Of a DNA stretch of 64,000 bases, positions 1-12,753 are shown piece by piece. The position numbers and the translations under genes were made by a program. A model generated the notes under the pieces. The model was not told the DNA's origin. It saw only the letters and a program-made list of their open reading frames with translations, and made no database searches. The stretch comes from an uncultured Beijerinckiaceae bacterium. Lineage in GTDB: Bacteria > Pseudomonadota > Alphaproteobacteria > Rhizobiales > Beijerinckiaceae. Location: assembly GCA_964247745.1 (NCBI GenBank), contig CAXTVT010000003.1:23835-87834 (forward strand). The letters run 5' to 3'. The first letter of the stretch is position 1. Each line of letters opens with the position of its first letter.

Positions 1-120
1 CTTCACGACGGGGGCGAAGGAGAGGGTGACCTCGTCGGAACCCTGCGGCACTTGCTTGAGCTCGGCGCAGGCCGGCGCGGCGACCAGCGCAAAGGCCAGA
101 GCGACGGGAAGAACTCTCAT
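1..120 (-). CDS. Do/DegQ (HtrA) family periplasmic serine protease, N-terminal part (runs off window)
   Basis: Manual translation of the minus strand from ATG at 120: MRVLPVALAFALVAAPACAELKQVPQGSDEVTLSFAPVVK, a signal peptide followed by the 'SFAPVVK' motif typical of HtrA/DegQ N-termini; GGAG RBS upstream. Not in the ORF track because it is truncated. Confidence 0.7.
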   Translation of the reverse strand, partial: MRVLPVALAFALVAAPACAELKQVPQGSDEVTLSFAPVVK

Positions 121-315
121 AGGATGCTCCATGCGGTCTCGCCGACGACACGCCAGCGGGCCGGGTCTGGCGTTCGCCGCAATACACGCGCTCCCCAGAA
201 GCCGCCAGCGCGGCTTGCTCGCAGCGCATCCGCCATATAGGTATATTAACCGAAGCCCCGCCTGACGTCCACTCTTTTTCCGAGATCGGATCACGAACAC
301 GACCCTGTTCCGTGC

Positions 316-432
316 CCTGACATTTCGGCCCGTGACAAAAACAAGGGTCGATGTCGTGGTACCACGACAAAAAACCGTGCCAAATGATGCGTACCGCGAC
401 ACTGCATGATTTCGCGCGGCCGATTGGCGACA
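316..432. repeat. Non-coding palindromic element (copy A) with GACA recurring at 334/366/398/429 and a perfect 18-bp palindrome
   Basis: TGTCGTGGTACCACGACA (352-369) is a perfect palindrome; 353-402 aligns ungapped at 36/50 with the reverse complement of 50920-50969. Confidence 0.6.
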
Positions 433-603
433 TCGCGAAACGATGAGGCCCGGCGATGCTCGTGATGCGGATTTCCGGCGCCAAATTGTCTCAGGCGGGC
501 GAGACGCCGTCCGCGCGGGCACTGGATCGATCGTGCGAGCTCAACCGTTCGCCGCAGGCCGTTTTCCTCTCGCCTAGAAAAGCAAGAGCAAGTCTCGCCT
601 CTT

Positions 604-3933
<3,330 letters not shown>

Positions 3934-3969
3934 GATGCGTCCCGGCGTTCGCCTGGGCGACCGCGCGTG

Positions 3970-3990
3970 AAAAAGGGCCGCAGGCGGCCC
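3970..3990 (-). terminator. Intrinsic-terminator-like hairpin in the carB leader
   Basis: Minus strand GGGCCG-CCTG-CGGCCC-TTTTT, ending 37 nt upstream of the carB ATG. Confidence 0.55.
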
Positions 3991-4010
3991 CGGGTTCGAT
4001 GGCGAGCGCC

Positions 4011-4039
4011 TTTGTGACGATGCCGGACGCCTCTGGCAA
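4011..4039 (-). promoter_or_regulatory. Putative sigma70 promoter for carB
   Basis: Minus strand TTGCCA-N17-CACAAA, upstream of the leader hairpin. Confidence 0.35.
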
Positions 4040-4240
4040 GGCTCGGGCTCAAGTCGCCGTGCCTCGCCTCGAGATCGCGCCCAAAGCTACGCTCTCGACA
4101 CGGAGGTCGTCATCGCTCGCGGCCGGACAACGCGGATATCCTGCGACGAAGGTCGCATTCGCCGCTCGATACGCCACAATCGGCGCCTATATCTAGCTTG
4201 CGGTCCTCGTATGACCGCATGTTTCGAGATCGGACGTTTG

Positions 4241-4444
4241 ATGGCTACTGGTACGGTTAAATGGTTCAACGGCGAGAAGGGCTACGGCTTCATCGAGCCC
4301 GAGCACGGCGGGAAGGACGTGTTCGTTCACATCTCCGCGGTGGAGCAGGCCGGCATGCGCGGCCTCGCCGAAGGGCAGAAGATTTCCTATGACGTGAAGC
4401 CGGATCGCGGCAAGGAATCCGCGGTCAATCTGGCGGCCGTCTGA
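4241..4444 (+). CDS. cspA: Cold-shock protein (CspA family)
   Basis: [18 protein letters not shown]...DVFVHISAV carries the RNP1/RNP2 motifs; 67 aa from ATG 4241. Confidence 0.97.
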   Translation: MATGTVKWFNGEKGYGFIEPEHGGKDVFVHISAVEQAGMRGLAEGQKISYDVKPDRGKESAVNLAAV

Positions 4445-4459
4445 CGTCTTCCAGTTTCG

Positions 4460-4490
4460 AACGGGCGGCGGTTTTCCGTCGCCCGTTTCT
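4460..4490 (+). terminator. Rho-independent terminator after cspA
   Basis: AACGGGCGGCGG-TTTT-CCGTCGCCCGTT-TCT hairpin directly after the stop codon. Confidence 0.65.
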
Positions 4491-4714
4491 CGTAAAGTGG
4501 CCGCGGCGCGCGTCCGGCCAGCCTTGGCGACCGTCGCTCTTGCGTCGCGTCGACGATTACACCAACATGACGGTATCGGTCTTCGGCATCCGCGATGAAG
4601 CGCGATGTCCGGATCGATACGCCCATTCGCCCGGTTGCCGTCTGCCGACGGTGAGCGGGTTTCCTGTTTCGCACGATTGGCACGCGCCGAGCCCGAACGG
4701 CCCGACCGGAAGAG

Positions 4715-5203
4715 ATGACCATGGCTCAGTTGGACAAGATCCCGATGACGCCGGCGGGGCACACCAAGCTCGAAGAGGAGCTGAAGCACCGTCAGCAGAC
4801 CGAGCGCCCGCGGATCGTCGAGGCGATCGCCGAGGCGCGGGCTCATGGCGACCTCAGCGAGAATGCGGAATATCATTCCGCCAAGGAGGCGCAGAGCCAT
4901 AACGAGGGGCGGATCGCCGAACTCGAAGACAAGCTCGCGCGCTCCGAAGTGATCGACGTCTCCAAGCTCTCGGGCTCGACCGTGATGTTCGGCGCGACGG
5001 TGACGATCGTCGACGAGGATACGGACGAGAAAAAGGTGTACCAGATCGTCGGCGAGAGCGAGGCCGACGTGAAGGTCGGCAAGGTGTCGATCACGTCGCC
5101 GACCGCACGTGCCCTGATCGGCAAGAAGAAGGGCGACACCGTCGAGGTCAACACGCCGGGCGGTGGCAAGAGCTACGAGATCCTCAAGGTGGCGTTCTCG
5201 TAG
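4715..5203 (+). CDS. greA: Transcription elongation factor GreA
   Basis: IPMTPAG...[19 protein letters not shown]...[13 protein letters not shown]; start may be 4721. Confidence 0.98.
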   Translation: MTMAQLDKIPMTPAGHTKLEEELKHRQQTERPRIVEAIAEARAHGDLSENAEYHSAKEAQSHNEGRIAELEDKLARSEVIDVSKLSGSTVMFGATVTIVDEDTDEKKVYQIVGESEADVKVGKVSITSPTARALIGKKKGDTVEVNTPGGGKSYEILKVAFS

Positions 5204-5213
5204 CCCTCGCGGG

Positions 5214-5957
5214 TCAGGCGAACAGCATCCAGATCGCCATCGCCACCATCATCACGTTCTCGGTCAGCGACACGAACCCGAGCGGCACGTTGGAGCCGCC
5301 GCCGACGCAGGCGCATTTCAGTTCGCGCTTCTCGACATAGACCGCGTAGAACACCGACACCGCGCCAACGCTGCCGATGAACAGGGCGACGGGAATCGCG
5401 ATCCAGCGTAGCGCGCCGGAGATCATCAGCACGCCGGCCAGCGCCTCGGCGAACGCATAGATGTAGGCGTAGGGCACCCAGCGCTTGGCGAGCAGGTCGT
5501 AGCCGAGGAACATGGAGGAGAACGTCTCCACGTTCTGAAGCTTCTGGATGGCGAGCACGCACATCGAGAACGCGATGAACCATTCCCCGGCGCGGATCGT
5601 GAACGGCGTGCCGTAGGCTGCCTCGCTGGCAGCCAGCGCCATGAGCGCGGTCATCGCGAAGATCGCGACCACAGGCTTGTAGGTCGTCGCCTTGGGGTCC
5701 ACGACCGCCTTGCCGAGGTGGCGGCGGAGATCGTCGTAGCCGCCAATGCGGCGATCGTCGATGAAGATCTGCGGCGTGGTCTTGACGCCCTGCTCCGCCT
5801 TGAAGGATTCGGTCGCATCGCGCGTTCGCAGCGGATGATCGTCCAGCGCGAAGCCCTGACGCTTCAGCAGCGCCTTGGCCTTCAGGCCGAACGGGCACGT
5901 GTGCCCGTCCATGTCCATGCGATACAGGGCGGCTCGGCTTGCGGCGGCGGCGGTCAT
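5214..5957 (-). CDS. Glutaredoxin-like plus MauE/DoxX family redox-associated membrane protein
   Basis: N-terminal HTCPFGLKA / TTPQIFI / IGGYDDL glutaredoxin-like segment, then TM helices and ELKCACVGG...PLGFVSLTEN. Start set at MTAAAAS (5957). Confidence 0.8.
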   Translation of the reverse strand: MTAAAASRAALYRMDMDGHTCPFGLKAKALLKRQGFALDDHPLRTRDATESFKAEQGVKTTPQIFIDDRRIGGYDDLRRHLGKAVVDPKATTYKPVVAIFAMTALMALAASEAAYGTPFTIRAGEWFIAFSMCVLAIQKLQNVETFSSMFLGYDLLAKRWVPYAYIYAFAEALAGVLMISGALRWIAIPVALFIGSVGAVSVFYAVYVEKRELKCACVGGGSNVPLGFVSLTENVMMVAMAIWMLFA

Positions 5958-6038
5958 GGCATCCTCGGGCGTGAAACGCGTTGCCACGACGTGGGGATGC
6001 CGAGCGCCGGCCGCCACGTGTCGACGGCGCCGACGGCC

Positions 6039-6227
6039 CTACATCTTCTTCATGTGATGGGGCGTCTTGTGGCGCTTTGCCTTGCTCTTGCCCGTGTCGA
6101 TCTTGCTTGGCGCGTCCTGCATCGGCACGGACTTGCCGTCCGGCGAGTTGGGCTGCATCTGCTCCTGCGCAAAAGCGGTACCGCCGACGGTGGCGACGAA
6201 AAGGATGGCGATGATCGCGACGCGCAC
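6039..6227 (-). CDS. Small secreted hypothetical protein (62 aa)
   Basis: Signal peptide MRVAIIAILFVATVGGTAFA, basic C-terminus, GGGAG RBS upstream of a GTG start. Confidence 0.6.
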   Translation of the reverse strand: MRVAIIAILFVATVGGTAFAQEQMQPNSPDGKSVPMQDAPSKIDTGKSKAKRHKTPHHMKKM

Positions 6228-6254
6228 AGGCTGATCTCCCTTTAAAGCAACACA

Positions 6255-6280
6255 AACATCGGGCTGCTCGGCGGCGTTCC
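6255..6280 (-). promoter_or_regulatory. EcfG/sigmaT (general stress response)-like promoter
   Basis: Minus strand GGAAC-N17-TGTT, ~28 nt upstream of the 62-aa ORF; matches the alphaproteobacterial EcfG consensus GGAAC-N16/17-(C)GTT. Confidence 0.55.
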
Positions 6281-6308
6281 GCTCCAGCCTCGCGTCGAAC
6301 GGGAGAGG

Positions 6309-7376
6309 TTACGGGCGGCGCGCCTCGAAGACGGGCGGCCAATCCTCCGGCAGGGCGCCGGGGCAGGCGTCCAACGCGGCCGCCGTCAGCAGAGCGAAAA
6401 TCTCGCCGGTCCAGACCCAGGTCCGCGAGGCGCCGCAATCGCCGAGCCCGCGCCCCTTGTCGAGGCTGGTCAGCGTCAGCGTCTTCGGGTCGAACTCATA
6501 ATTGACGACCACATTCTCGGCTTCGGCATCGCCCTGACGGGGCGGCTCCTCGAGCATGGCGGGCCGCGGCTGCTCGCCCTTGGCATCGGTGGTGAAGAGC
6601 GCCACCGAGACGTTGTCGGGACTTTCGACGCAAGGCACCGCGACAAGCCGGCGATCGGAGCCGAGCGACCAGGCGGCGGTCTCGCTGTGAGCCTCGACGA
6701 CCTCGGGGTCGCACGCCGGCTTGGCCATGTCGAGCAGCGCGCGGCTCGGCGTCGGGCTAGCGACGGCAGCGGCGAGGATGCCGGCCGGCTGCACAAGCGG
6801 GACCGGGACGGGGGTTCGAGGCACGAACGGCGCCGCGCCGCGCGCGACGAGAGCGCTCGCCGTTCCCACGCGCCCCTGGCGCTCGTCGACGAAACGCAGC
6901 GCGGCATTCAATCCCTTCGAGGGCAGCCGTCCCTTCAGCGTGCCGGCGGCGTAGTCGAGGGTGTCGGCGGTCGCGAACCTCGTCAGGAAACCGGCATCCG
7001 GGATGTCACCGGCGAGCGCCGCACCGTCGGGATCGTCCTTGGTCGCAGCAACGGACAAGGCGTCGCTCGTCTTGGGGGCCTTGCCGGTGACCGTCAGTTG
7101 GAACGCGCGCGGCGCACCGGCGATCGGATCGGAGGCGGCGAGGACCACCTTGATCTTGGGCGACGGGTCGGACGCACCCAGCGCGACACGCACGTAGAAC
7201 AGGCCGTCGCCGTCGTCGCTGCTGCCGATGGCGACGCAGTTCAGCAGGTTGTCGCAGGTCGCGGTCCAGCCCTCGAAGGTCTTGCTGACGGAAGGCGCGG
7301 CTTTCGGGGTTGCCGCTTGGCACGGCATGGCGATCGACACGACGAAGGCGAGCGCGACGCTCGAAGCAATGCGCAT
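6309..7376 (-). CDS. Secreted protein, DUF1176-like
   Basis: Signal peptide; FEGWTATCDNLLNCVA, ALRFVDERQGRVGT and C-terminal KGRGLGDCG...WVWTG motifs resemble DUF1176. Confidence 0.75.
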   Translation of the reverse strand: MRIASSVALAFVVSIAMPCQAATPKAAPSVSKTFEGWTATCDNLLNCVAIGSSDDGDGLFYVRVALGASDPSPKIKVVLAASDPIAGAPRAFQLTVTGKAPKTSDALSVAATKDDPDGAALAGDIPDAGFLTRFATADTLDYAAGTLKGRLPSKGLNAALRFVDERQGRVGTASALVARGAAPFVPRTPVPVPLVQPAGILAAAVASPTPSRALLDMAKPACDPEVVEAHSETAAWSLGSDRRLVAVPCVESPDNVSVALFTTDAKGEQPRPAMLEEPPRQGDAEAENVVVNYEFDPKTLTLTSLDKGRGLGDCGASRTWVWTGEIFALLTAAALDACPGALPEDWPPVFEARRP

Positions 7377-7383
7377 CTGGACC

Positions 7384-7917
7384 TCACTGGAGCGGGTAGA
7401 TCGCCTCGGTCACGTATGGGCCGCCGCCGACCGAGTCGCGGGACGAGAACAGGGCGAAGCGATCGCAATGGAACTCGCGCGCGGCCAGCCAGCCGCGCAA
7501 CGCGAGAAAGTCCGCCACGGCGCGCGACGGCGTGTTCTTGAGACGGGCGAGCGTAACGTGCGGCACGAACTTGCGTGTCTCAGCCGGCAGGCCGATGCGT
7601 CGCATCAAGCGCTCGTGCTCGGCCTGGAGCTCGACCAGCGGGGCCGCGGGGCGTGCCGTCGCGACCAGCGCGCGGGGCTTAGACCCGCCGAACGCGTCGA
7701 GGGCGGCGAGCGTCATCGCGAAAGCCGGACGCCGGACCAGGGAGAGTGCGTCGTGGACGTCGTTTGCCACGACGCGGTCGACGTCACCGATGAATCGGAG
7801 CGTGACGTGGTAGTTCGCGGCGTCGATCCAGCGGGCGCCGGCGAGGCCGCCGCGGATCCTGTCGAGCTCGGCGGCAAGCCGGTCCGGCAATTCGAGGCCC
7901 GTGAAGAGGCGAGGCAT
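7384..7917 (-). CDS. thpR: RNA 2',3'-cyclic phosphodiesterase (2H family)
   Basis: MPRLFTGLE start and two HxT motifs (YHVTLRF, FVPHVTLAR). Confidence 0.92.
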   Translation of the reverse strand: MPRLFTGLELPDRLAAELDRIRGGLAGARWIDAANYHVTLRFIGDVDRVVANDVHDALSLVRRPAFAMTLAALDAFGGSKPRALVATARPAAPLVELQAEHERLMRRIGLPAETRKFVPHVTLARLKNTPSRAVADFLALRGWLAAREFHCDRFALFSSRDSVGGGPYVTEAIYPLQ

Positions 7918-7984
7918 GGGTTCCGCCGGGATACGGCGATGCCCGGACCGTCGCCGGGCATCGGGTGGAAGCGACCGGGTGCGG

Positions 7985-8908
7985 CTACTTGCCCGGCGCG
8001 TCGCCGCCGGCCGGCGCTTCGTTCGCGGCTGGCGGTGCGGCGGCCGTGCGCTCGATCTTGGCGCCGTTGCGCAGTTGCAGGATCAGGTCGCTCTGCGCCT
8101 TCTGCACGGCGTAGCGCACGATCTGCTCCTTCACCTGATCGAACGGCGGGAACGACTTGGTGCGGTGTCCCTCGACCTGGATGACGTGCCAGCCGAACTG
8201 CGTCTTCACGGGATCGGAGATCTGGCCGTCCTGCAGCTTGAAGGCGGCGTCGGCGAACGCCGGCACCATGCGCTCCTTGGTGAACCAGCCGAGGTCGCCG
8301 CCCTCGGATCCCGGATCCTTCGACATCTCCTTGGCGACCTTCGCGAAATCCTCGCCGGCCTTGAGCCGCTTCAGAACGGTCTGGGCGTCGGCCTCGGTCG
8401 CCACCAGCACGTGGCGGGCGTGAATCTCGGGCTCCGGCTTCTGGGCCGCCGCCGCCTGATCGTAGATCTTGTGGAGAGTGGCGTCGTCGGTCACGGATTT
8501 GGCGATGCCGGTCAGCATCGATTCCATCAGCACCTTGTCCTTGGCGTATTCCATCTTCGCGGCGAAATCGGGCGTCTTCTCCGCACCGTCCGCCTTGGCC
8601 TTCTGCGCCACCAAGGTCGAGTCGACGAGGTAGTCGAGAACGTAGGAATCGCGCGCCCTGCCCTTGAGCTGCTGTTGAAGCTGCGGCCCGAGGTCCTCGG
8701 CGGCAAGCGTGACGTCGAGCTGCGTGATCTTCTGCCCGTTGACGGTGGCGAGCACGGTCTGGGGCGGCGGCGGCGGAACGTCTGGCGCGGCGGTCGTGGG
8801 CATCGCCGGCATCGGCGATGCCGCGGGGGTCTGGGCGAAGGCCGACGGCGCCGCGAGGGCGACTGCGGCGGCGATGACGCTCGCGCGCGTTCCCTTGGCT
8901 AACTTCAT
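7985..8908 (-). CDS. Parvulin-type peptidylprolyl isomerase (PpiC/SurA-like), secreted
   Basis: Signal peptide; IHARHVLV, DFAKVAKEMSKDPGS, GGDLGWF, PVKTQFGWHVI. Confidence 0.93.
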   Translation of the reverse strand: MKLAKGTRASVIAAAVALAAPSAFAQTPAASPMPAMPTTAAPDVPPPPPQTVLATVNGQKITQLDVTLAAEDLGPQLQQQLKGRARDSYVLDYLVDSTLVAQKAKADGAEKTPDFAAKMEYAKDKVLMESMLTGIAKSVTDDATLHKIYDQAAAAQKPEPEIHARHVLVATEADAQTVLKRLKAGEDFAKVAKEMSKDPGSEGGDLGWFTKERMVPAFADAAFKLQDGQISDPVKTQFGWHVIQVEGHRTKSFPPFDQVKEQIVRYAVQKAQSDLILQLRNGAKIERTAAAPPAANEAPAGGDAPGK

Positions 8909-9066
8909 GGCGCGTCCTCCACTCGAACCGGTTTTTGTCGCGGGAGCCCTGCTAGGCCAATGCGGCTTTTATGTGCTGTACGACGATAGCGGAAGGCGCG
9001 CCGGCCCGATCGCGATCGGTCCCGAATGCGGTCGTCGGCGGCCGGCTTCTTGCCTGTGGATGGCCT

Positions 9067-9092
9067 GCAACGATCGCACGCGCCGACACGTT
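9067..9092 (+). promoter_or_regulatory. EcfG-like promoter upstream of otsA
   Basis: GCAAC-N17-CGTT (one mismatch to GGAAC), 38 nt upstream of ATG 9131. Confidence 0.5.
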
Positions 9093-9130
9093 GAAGGCGC
9101 AACAGCGACGATAAGGTGGCATCGGGGTCG

Positions 9131-10642
9131 ATGACGGAAATCGGGATCTTGAAGACCGCTGCGCAGAACGAGGGAGCCCGGGCCGTCGGCCGTCTCGTGG
9201 TCGTGTCGAACAGGGTGCCGGTTCCCACGGCCGCCGGTTCACCGCCTCCGGGCGGCCTCGCCGTCGCGCTGAGCGGCGCTCTCGAGAACCAGGGCGGTCT
9301 CTGGTTCGGCTGGTCGGGCAAGGCGGCCACGCAGGCCGAGCCGGAGCTCCACACTCAGACGGTCGGCAACGTCGATTATGCGGTGGTCGACCTCTCGCAG
9401 CGCGACATCGACGAATATTACTACGGTTTCGCCAACCGCGTGCTCTGGCCGGTCTGCCACTATAGGCTCGATCTCGCGGATCTCTCGCGGCGCGACGTCA
9501 ACGCCTATTTCCGCGTCAACGAACAGTTCGCCCGGCGCCTCGCGCGTCTGTTGCGCCCGGACGACATCATCTGGGTGCAGGACTATCATTTCATCCCGAT
9601 GGCCTCGTACCTGCGCGACCTCGGCTTCACCAACAAGATCGGCTTCTTCTACCACATCCCCTTTCCGCCCTCGGACATCGCCGCGGCCATTCCGGCCTAC
9701 GAGCGTATCCTGCGCAGCTTCGCCGCGTACAATCTCATCGGCTTCCAGACGCCGGTCGACGCGGAGAACTTCCGCAACTGCATCATTCGCGCGAAAGCCG
9801 GGACCTCGAGCGAGGATGGTTGGCTCAGCGCCTACGGCCGCAAGTTCAAGGTCGGATCGTTCCCGATCTCGATCGAGACGGCGACGTTCGCGCAGGAAGC
9901 CCGCGTCGCCGAGAAGAACGTCGTGGTCAAGCGCACCCTGCAGAGCCTCGAGGGCCACCCGCTGGTCATCGGCGTCGACCGTCTCGACTATTCGAAGGGC
10001 ATTCGCGAGCGCATCGATGCGTTCGCCACCTTCGTCGAGAAGTCGGCCGCCGCGATGAAGGCGCGTGTGACCCTGCTCCAGATCACCCCGAAGTCGCGCT
10101 CCGAGGTGCCGGAATATGCCGAGATGCAACGCGAGGTCGCCGAGCACGTCGGCCACGTCAACGGCCGCCTCGGCGATGTCGACTGGACGCCGGTGCGCTA
10201 CGTGAACAAGGCGATGAGCCGGTCGGCACTCGCCGGGCTCTACCGCATTGCCCGCGTCGGCCTCGTGACGCCGTTGCGCGACGGCATGAACCTTGTCGCG
10301 AAGGAATATGTCGCCGCACAAAATCCCGAGGATCCGGGCGTGCTGGTGCTGTCGCGTTTCGCCGGTGCGGTGCACGAGTTGGACACCGCGTTGATCGTCA
10401 ATCCCTACAACAACGAGGAGACGGCCTCCGCCCTCCAGCGCGCATTCGAGATGCCGTTGCGCGAACGAAAGGAACGTTGGCGCGCGATGATGAACGTCGT
10501 CGAAGCCAACGATGTCGAGCACTGGTGCGCGGTGTTCCTGGCCCAGCTGGCCGGCGAAACCGCGGGTGTGCTTCCGCGCGCCACGGACGACGTGTGGAGT
10601 CGGGACGGGTCGAAGCTCGCAACGGCGGCTGCCGGGCACTGA
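9131..10642 (+). CDS. otsA: Alpha,alpha-trehalose-phosphate synthase (UDP-forming)
   Basis: [52 protein letters not shown] motifs. Confidence 0.96.
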   Translation: MTEIGILKTAAQNEGARAVGRLVVVSNRVPVPTAAGSPPPGGLAVALSGALENQGGLWFGWSGKAATQAEPELHTQTVGNVDYAVVDLSQRDIDEYYYGFANRVLWPVCHYRLDLADLSRRDVNAYFRVNEQFARRLARLLRPDDIIWVQDYHFIPMASYLRDLGFTNKIGFFYHIPFPPSDIAAAIPAYERILRSFAAYNLIGFQTPVDAENFRNCIIRAKAGTSSEDGWLSAYGRKFKVGSFPISIETATFAQEARVAEKNVVVKRTLQSLEGHPLVIGVDRLDYSKGIRERIDAFATFVEKSAAAMKARVTLLQITPKSRSEVPEYAEMQREVAEHVGHVNGRLGDVDWTPVRYVNKAMSRSALAGLYRIARVGLVTPLRDGMNLVAKEYVAAQNPEDPGVLVLSRFAGAVHELDTALIVNPYNNEETASALQRAFEMPLRERKERWRAMMNVVEANDVEHWCAVFLAQLAGETAGVLPRATDDVWSRDGSKLATAAAGH

Positions 10643-10650
10643 CGTCGGCC

Positions 10651-12753
10651 GTGCCTCGCCTGCACGAAGGCGATCCGCAGCCCCTTGGCGCGACCTGGGA
10701 CGGCGGCGGCGTGAATTTTGCGCTGTTTTCGGCGCACGCGACACGCGTGGAGCTGTGCTTCTACGATGCCAAGGGGCGCAGCGAGACGGAGCGCTTCACC
10801 CTTCCGTGCTGCACCAACCAGGTCTGGCACGGCTACGTCCGGCACGCGCGACCCGGCCAGCTGTACGGCTACCGCGTCCACGGCCCCTACGATCCGGGCT
10901 CGGGGCATCGGTTCAACCATCACAAGTTGCTGCTCGACCCTTACGCCCGCCAGGTCGCGGGGCGGGTCCGCTGGCACGACGCGCTGTTCGGCTTCAAGGC
11001 CGGCAGCCCACGCGGCGACAACACGCCCGATCGGCGCGACACCGCGCCGATGATGCCGAAGGCCGTGGTCGAGGACCCGGCCTGGAGCTGGGGGAACGAC
11101 GAGCCGCCCGACGTGCCCTGGCGCGACACCATCGTCTACGAGGCGCACGTCAAGGGCTTCACCGAGCTCCATCCCGAGCTGCCGTCCCACGTGCGCGGCA
11201 CCTATTCAGCCTTGGGCCATCCCGCGGTCGTCGAGCATCTCGTCAAGCTCGGCGTCACCAGCGTCGAGCTGCTGCCGATCCACGCCTTCGTCGACGATCG
11301 CTTCCTCGTCGAGAAGTCGCTTCGCAACTACTGGGGTTACCAGTCGCTGGGCTATTTCGCGCCGGAACCGCGCTACCTCGGGCCCGACGGCGCGGCGGGC
11401 CTGCGCGCGGCGATCAAGACGCTGCATTCCGCCGGCCTCGAGGTGCTGCTCGATGTCGTCTACAATCACACTTGCGAGGGCAACGACACCGGACCGACGC
11501 TGTCGTTTCGCGGAATCGACAACCGGTCCTACTACAAGCTCGTGCCCGGTGACCCGCGGCACTATTGGGATTGCACGGGATGCGGCAACACGCTCGACGT
11601 CTCGCATCCCCGCGTGCTGCAACTGGTGCTCGACAGCCTCCGGCATTGGGTCCAGAGCTACCACGTCGACGGCTTCCGCTTCGATCTGGCCTCTGCGCTG
11701 GCGCGCTCGCCGCTCGACTGGTCGGACAAGGCCGGCTTCCTCCAGGCGATCGGCCAGGATCCGGTGCTGTCGCGGGTCAAGCTCATCGCCGAGCCTTGGG
11801 ACCTCGGCTCGGGCGGATACCGCGTCGGCGGGTTTCCGACCGGCTGGGGTGACTGGAACGACAAGTACCGCGACACCGTCCGCGCCTTCTGGCGCGGCGA
11901 CAACGGGCAGATCCCCAACCTCGCCAGGAGCCTGACGGGCTCGAGCGACCTCTTCAATCATTCCGGGCGCAAGCCCTGGGCGTCCGTGCAGTTCATCGCC
12001 TCGCACGACGGCTTCACCACCGCCGACGTCGTCAGCTACGCCAACCGCCACAACCTGCCCAACGGCGAGGACAACAAGGACGGTCACGAGCCGAACTATT
12101 CGGCGAATTACGGGGTCGAGGGTCCAAGCAAGGACGCGGCGATCGTCGCTTTGCGCAACCGCCAGAAGCGCAATTTGCTCGCCACCGCACTGCTCTCGTT
12201 CGGCACGCCGATGTTCCTGATGGGCGACGAGTTCTCACGCAGCCAGAATGGTAACAACAACGCCTACTGCCAGGACAACGAAACCAGCTGGATGCGCTGG
12301 CGTGACGCAACCGATCCGCACCTGCTGGATTACGTCGCCAACCTGATCGCCCTGCGCAAGCGTCACGACGTCTTCCGGCGCCTCGAGTTCTTCACCGGCC
12401 GGATCGATCCGGGCTCCGCCGATGGAATTCTCAAGGACGCCTACTGGCTCGCCGCCGACGGTCGGGAGATGTGGGGTGAGGATTGGGGAAAGGTCGAGCG
12501 CCGCGTGCTCGGCATGCAGATCGGCAACCACGGTTCGCAGGAAGAGCGGCTACTGATCCTCCTCAACGCCTCCGATGAGCCGGTGGGGTTCAAGCTCGCG
12601 GCGGAGTTTCCCTGTCATGCGTTTGGCCCGGTCTTCGAGTCCACGGCCGCCGATGGGTTGAGCACCCGGCGATCGGCACGTCTCTCGCCGGGCGGCGCCA
12701 TCGATCTCGAGGCACGGTCGCTCACCGTGCTGAAGCACTGTTTCGAGGAATGA
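10651..12753 (+). CDS. glgX: Glycogen debranching enzyme
   Basis: GTG start at 10651 (PRLHEGDPQPLGATWDGGGVNFALFS); NYWGY, DGFRFDLA, AEPWD, SHDGFT GH13 motifs. The upstream part of the track ORF 9820-12753 is spurious. Confidence 0.95.
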   Translation: MPRLHEGDPQPLGATWDGGGVNFALFSAHATRVELCFYDAKGRSETERFTLPCCTNQVWHGYVRHARPGQLYGYRVHGPYDPGSGHRFNHHKLLLDPYARQVAGRVRWHDALFGFKAGSPRGDNTPDRRDTAPMMPKAVVEDPAWSWGNDEPPDVPWRDTIVYEAHVKGFTELHPELPSHVRGTYSALGHPAVVEHLVKLGVTSVELLPIHAFVDDRFLVEKSLRNYWGYQSLGYFAPEPRYLGPDGAAGLRAAIKTLHSAGLEVLLDVVYNHTCEGNDTGPTLSFRGIDNRSYYKLVPGDPRHYWDCTGCGNTLDVSHPRVLQLVLDSLRHWVQSYHVDGFRFDLASALARSPLDWSDKAGFLQAIGQDPVLSRVKLIAEPWDLGSGGYRVGGFPTGWGDWNDKYRDTVRAFWRGDNGQIPNLARSLTGSSDLFNHSGRKPWASVQFIASHDGFTTADVVSYANRHNLPNGEDNKDGHEPNYSANYGVEGPSKDAAIVALRNRQKRNLLATALLSFGTPMFLMGDEFSRSQNGNNNAYCQDNETSWMRWRDATDPHLLDYVANLIALRKRHDVFRRLEFFTGRIDPGSADGILKDAYWLAADGREMWGEDWGKVERRVLGMQIGNHGSQEERLLILLNASDEPVGFKLAAEFPCHAFGPVFESTAADGLSTRRSARLSPGGAIDLEARSLTVLKHCFEE

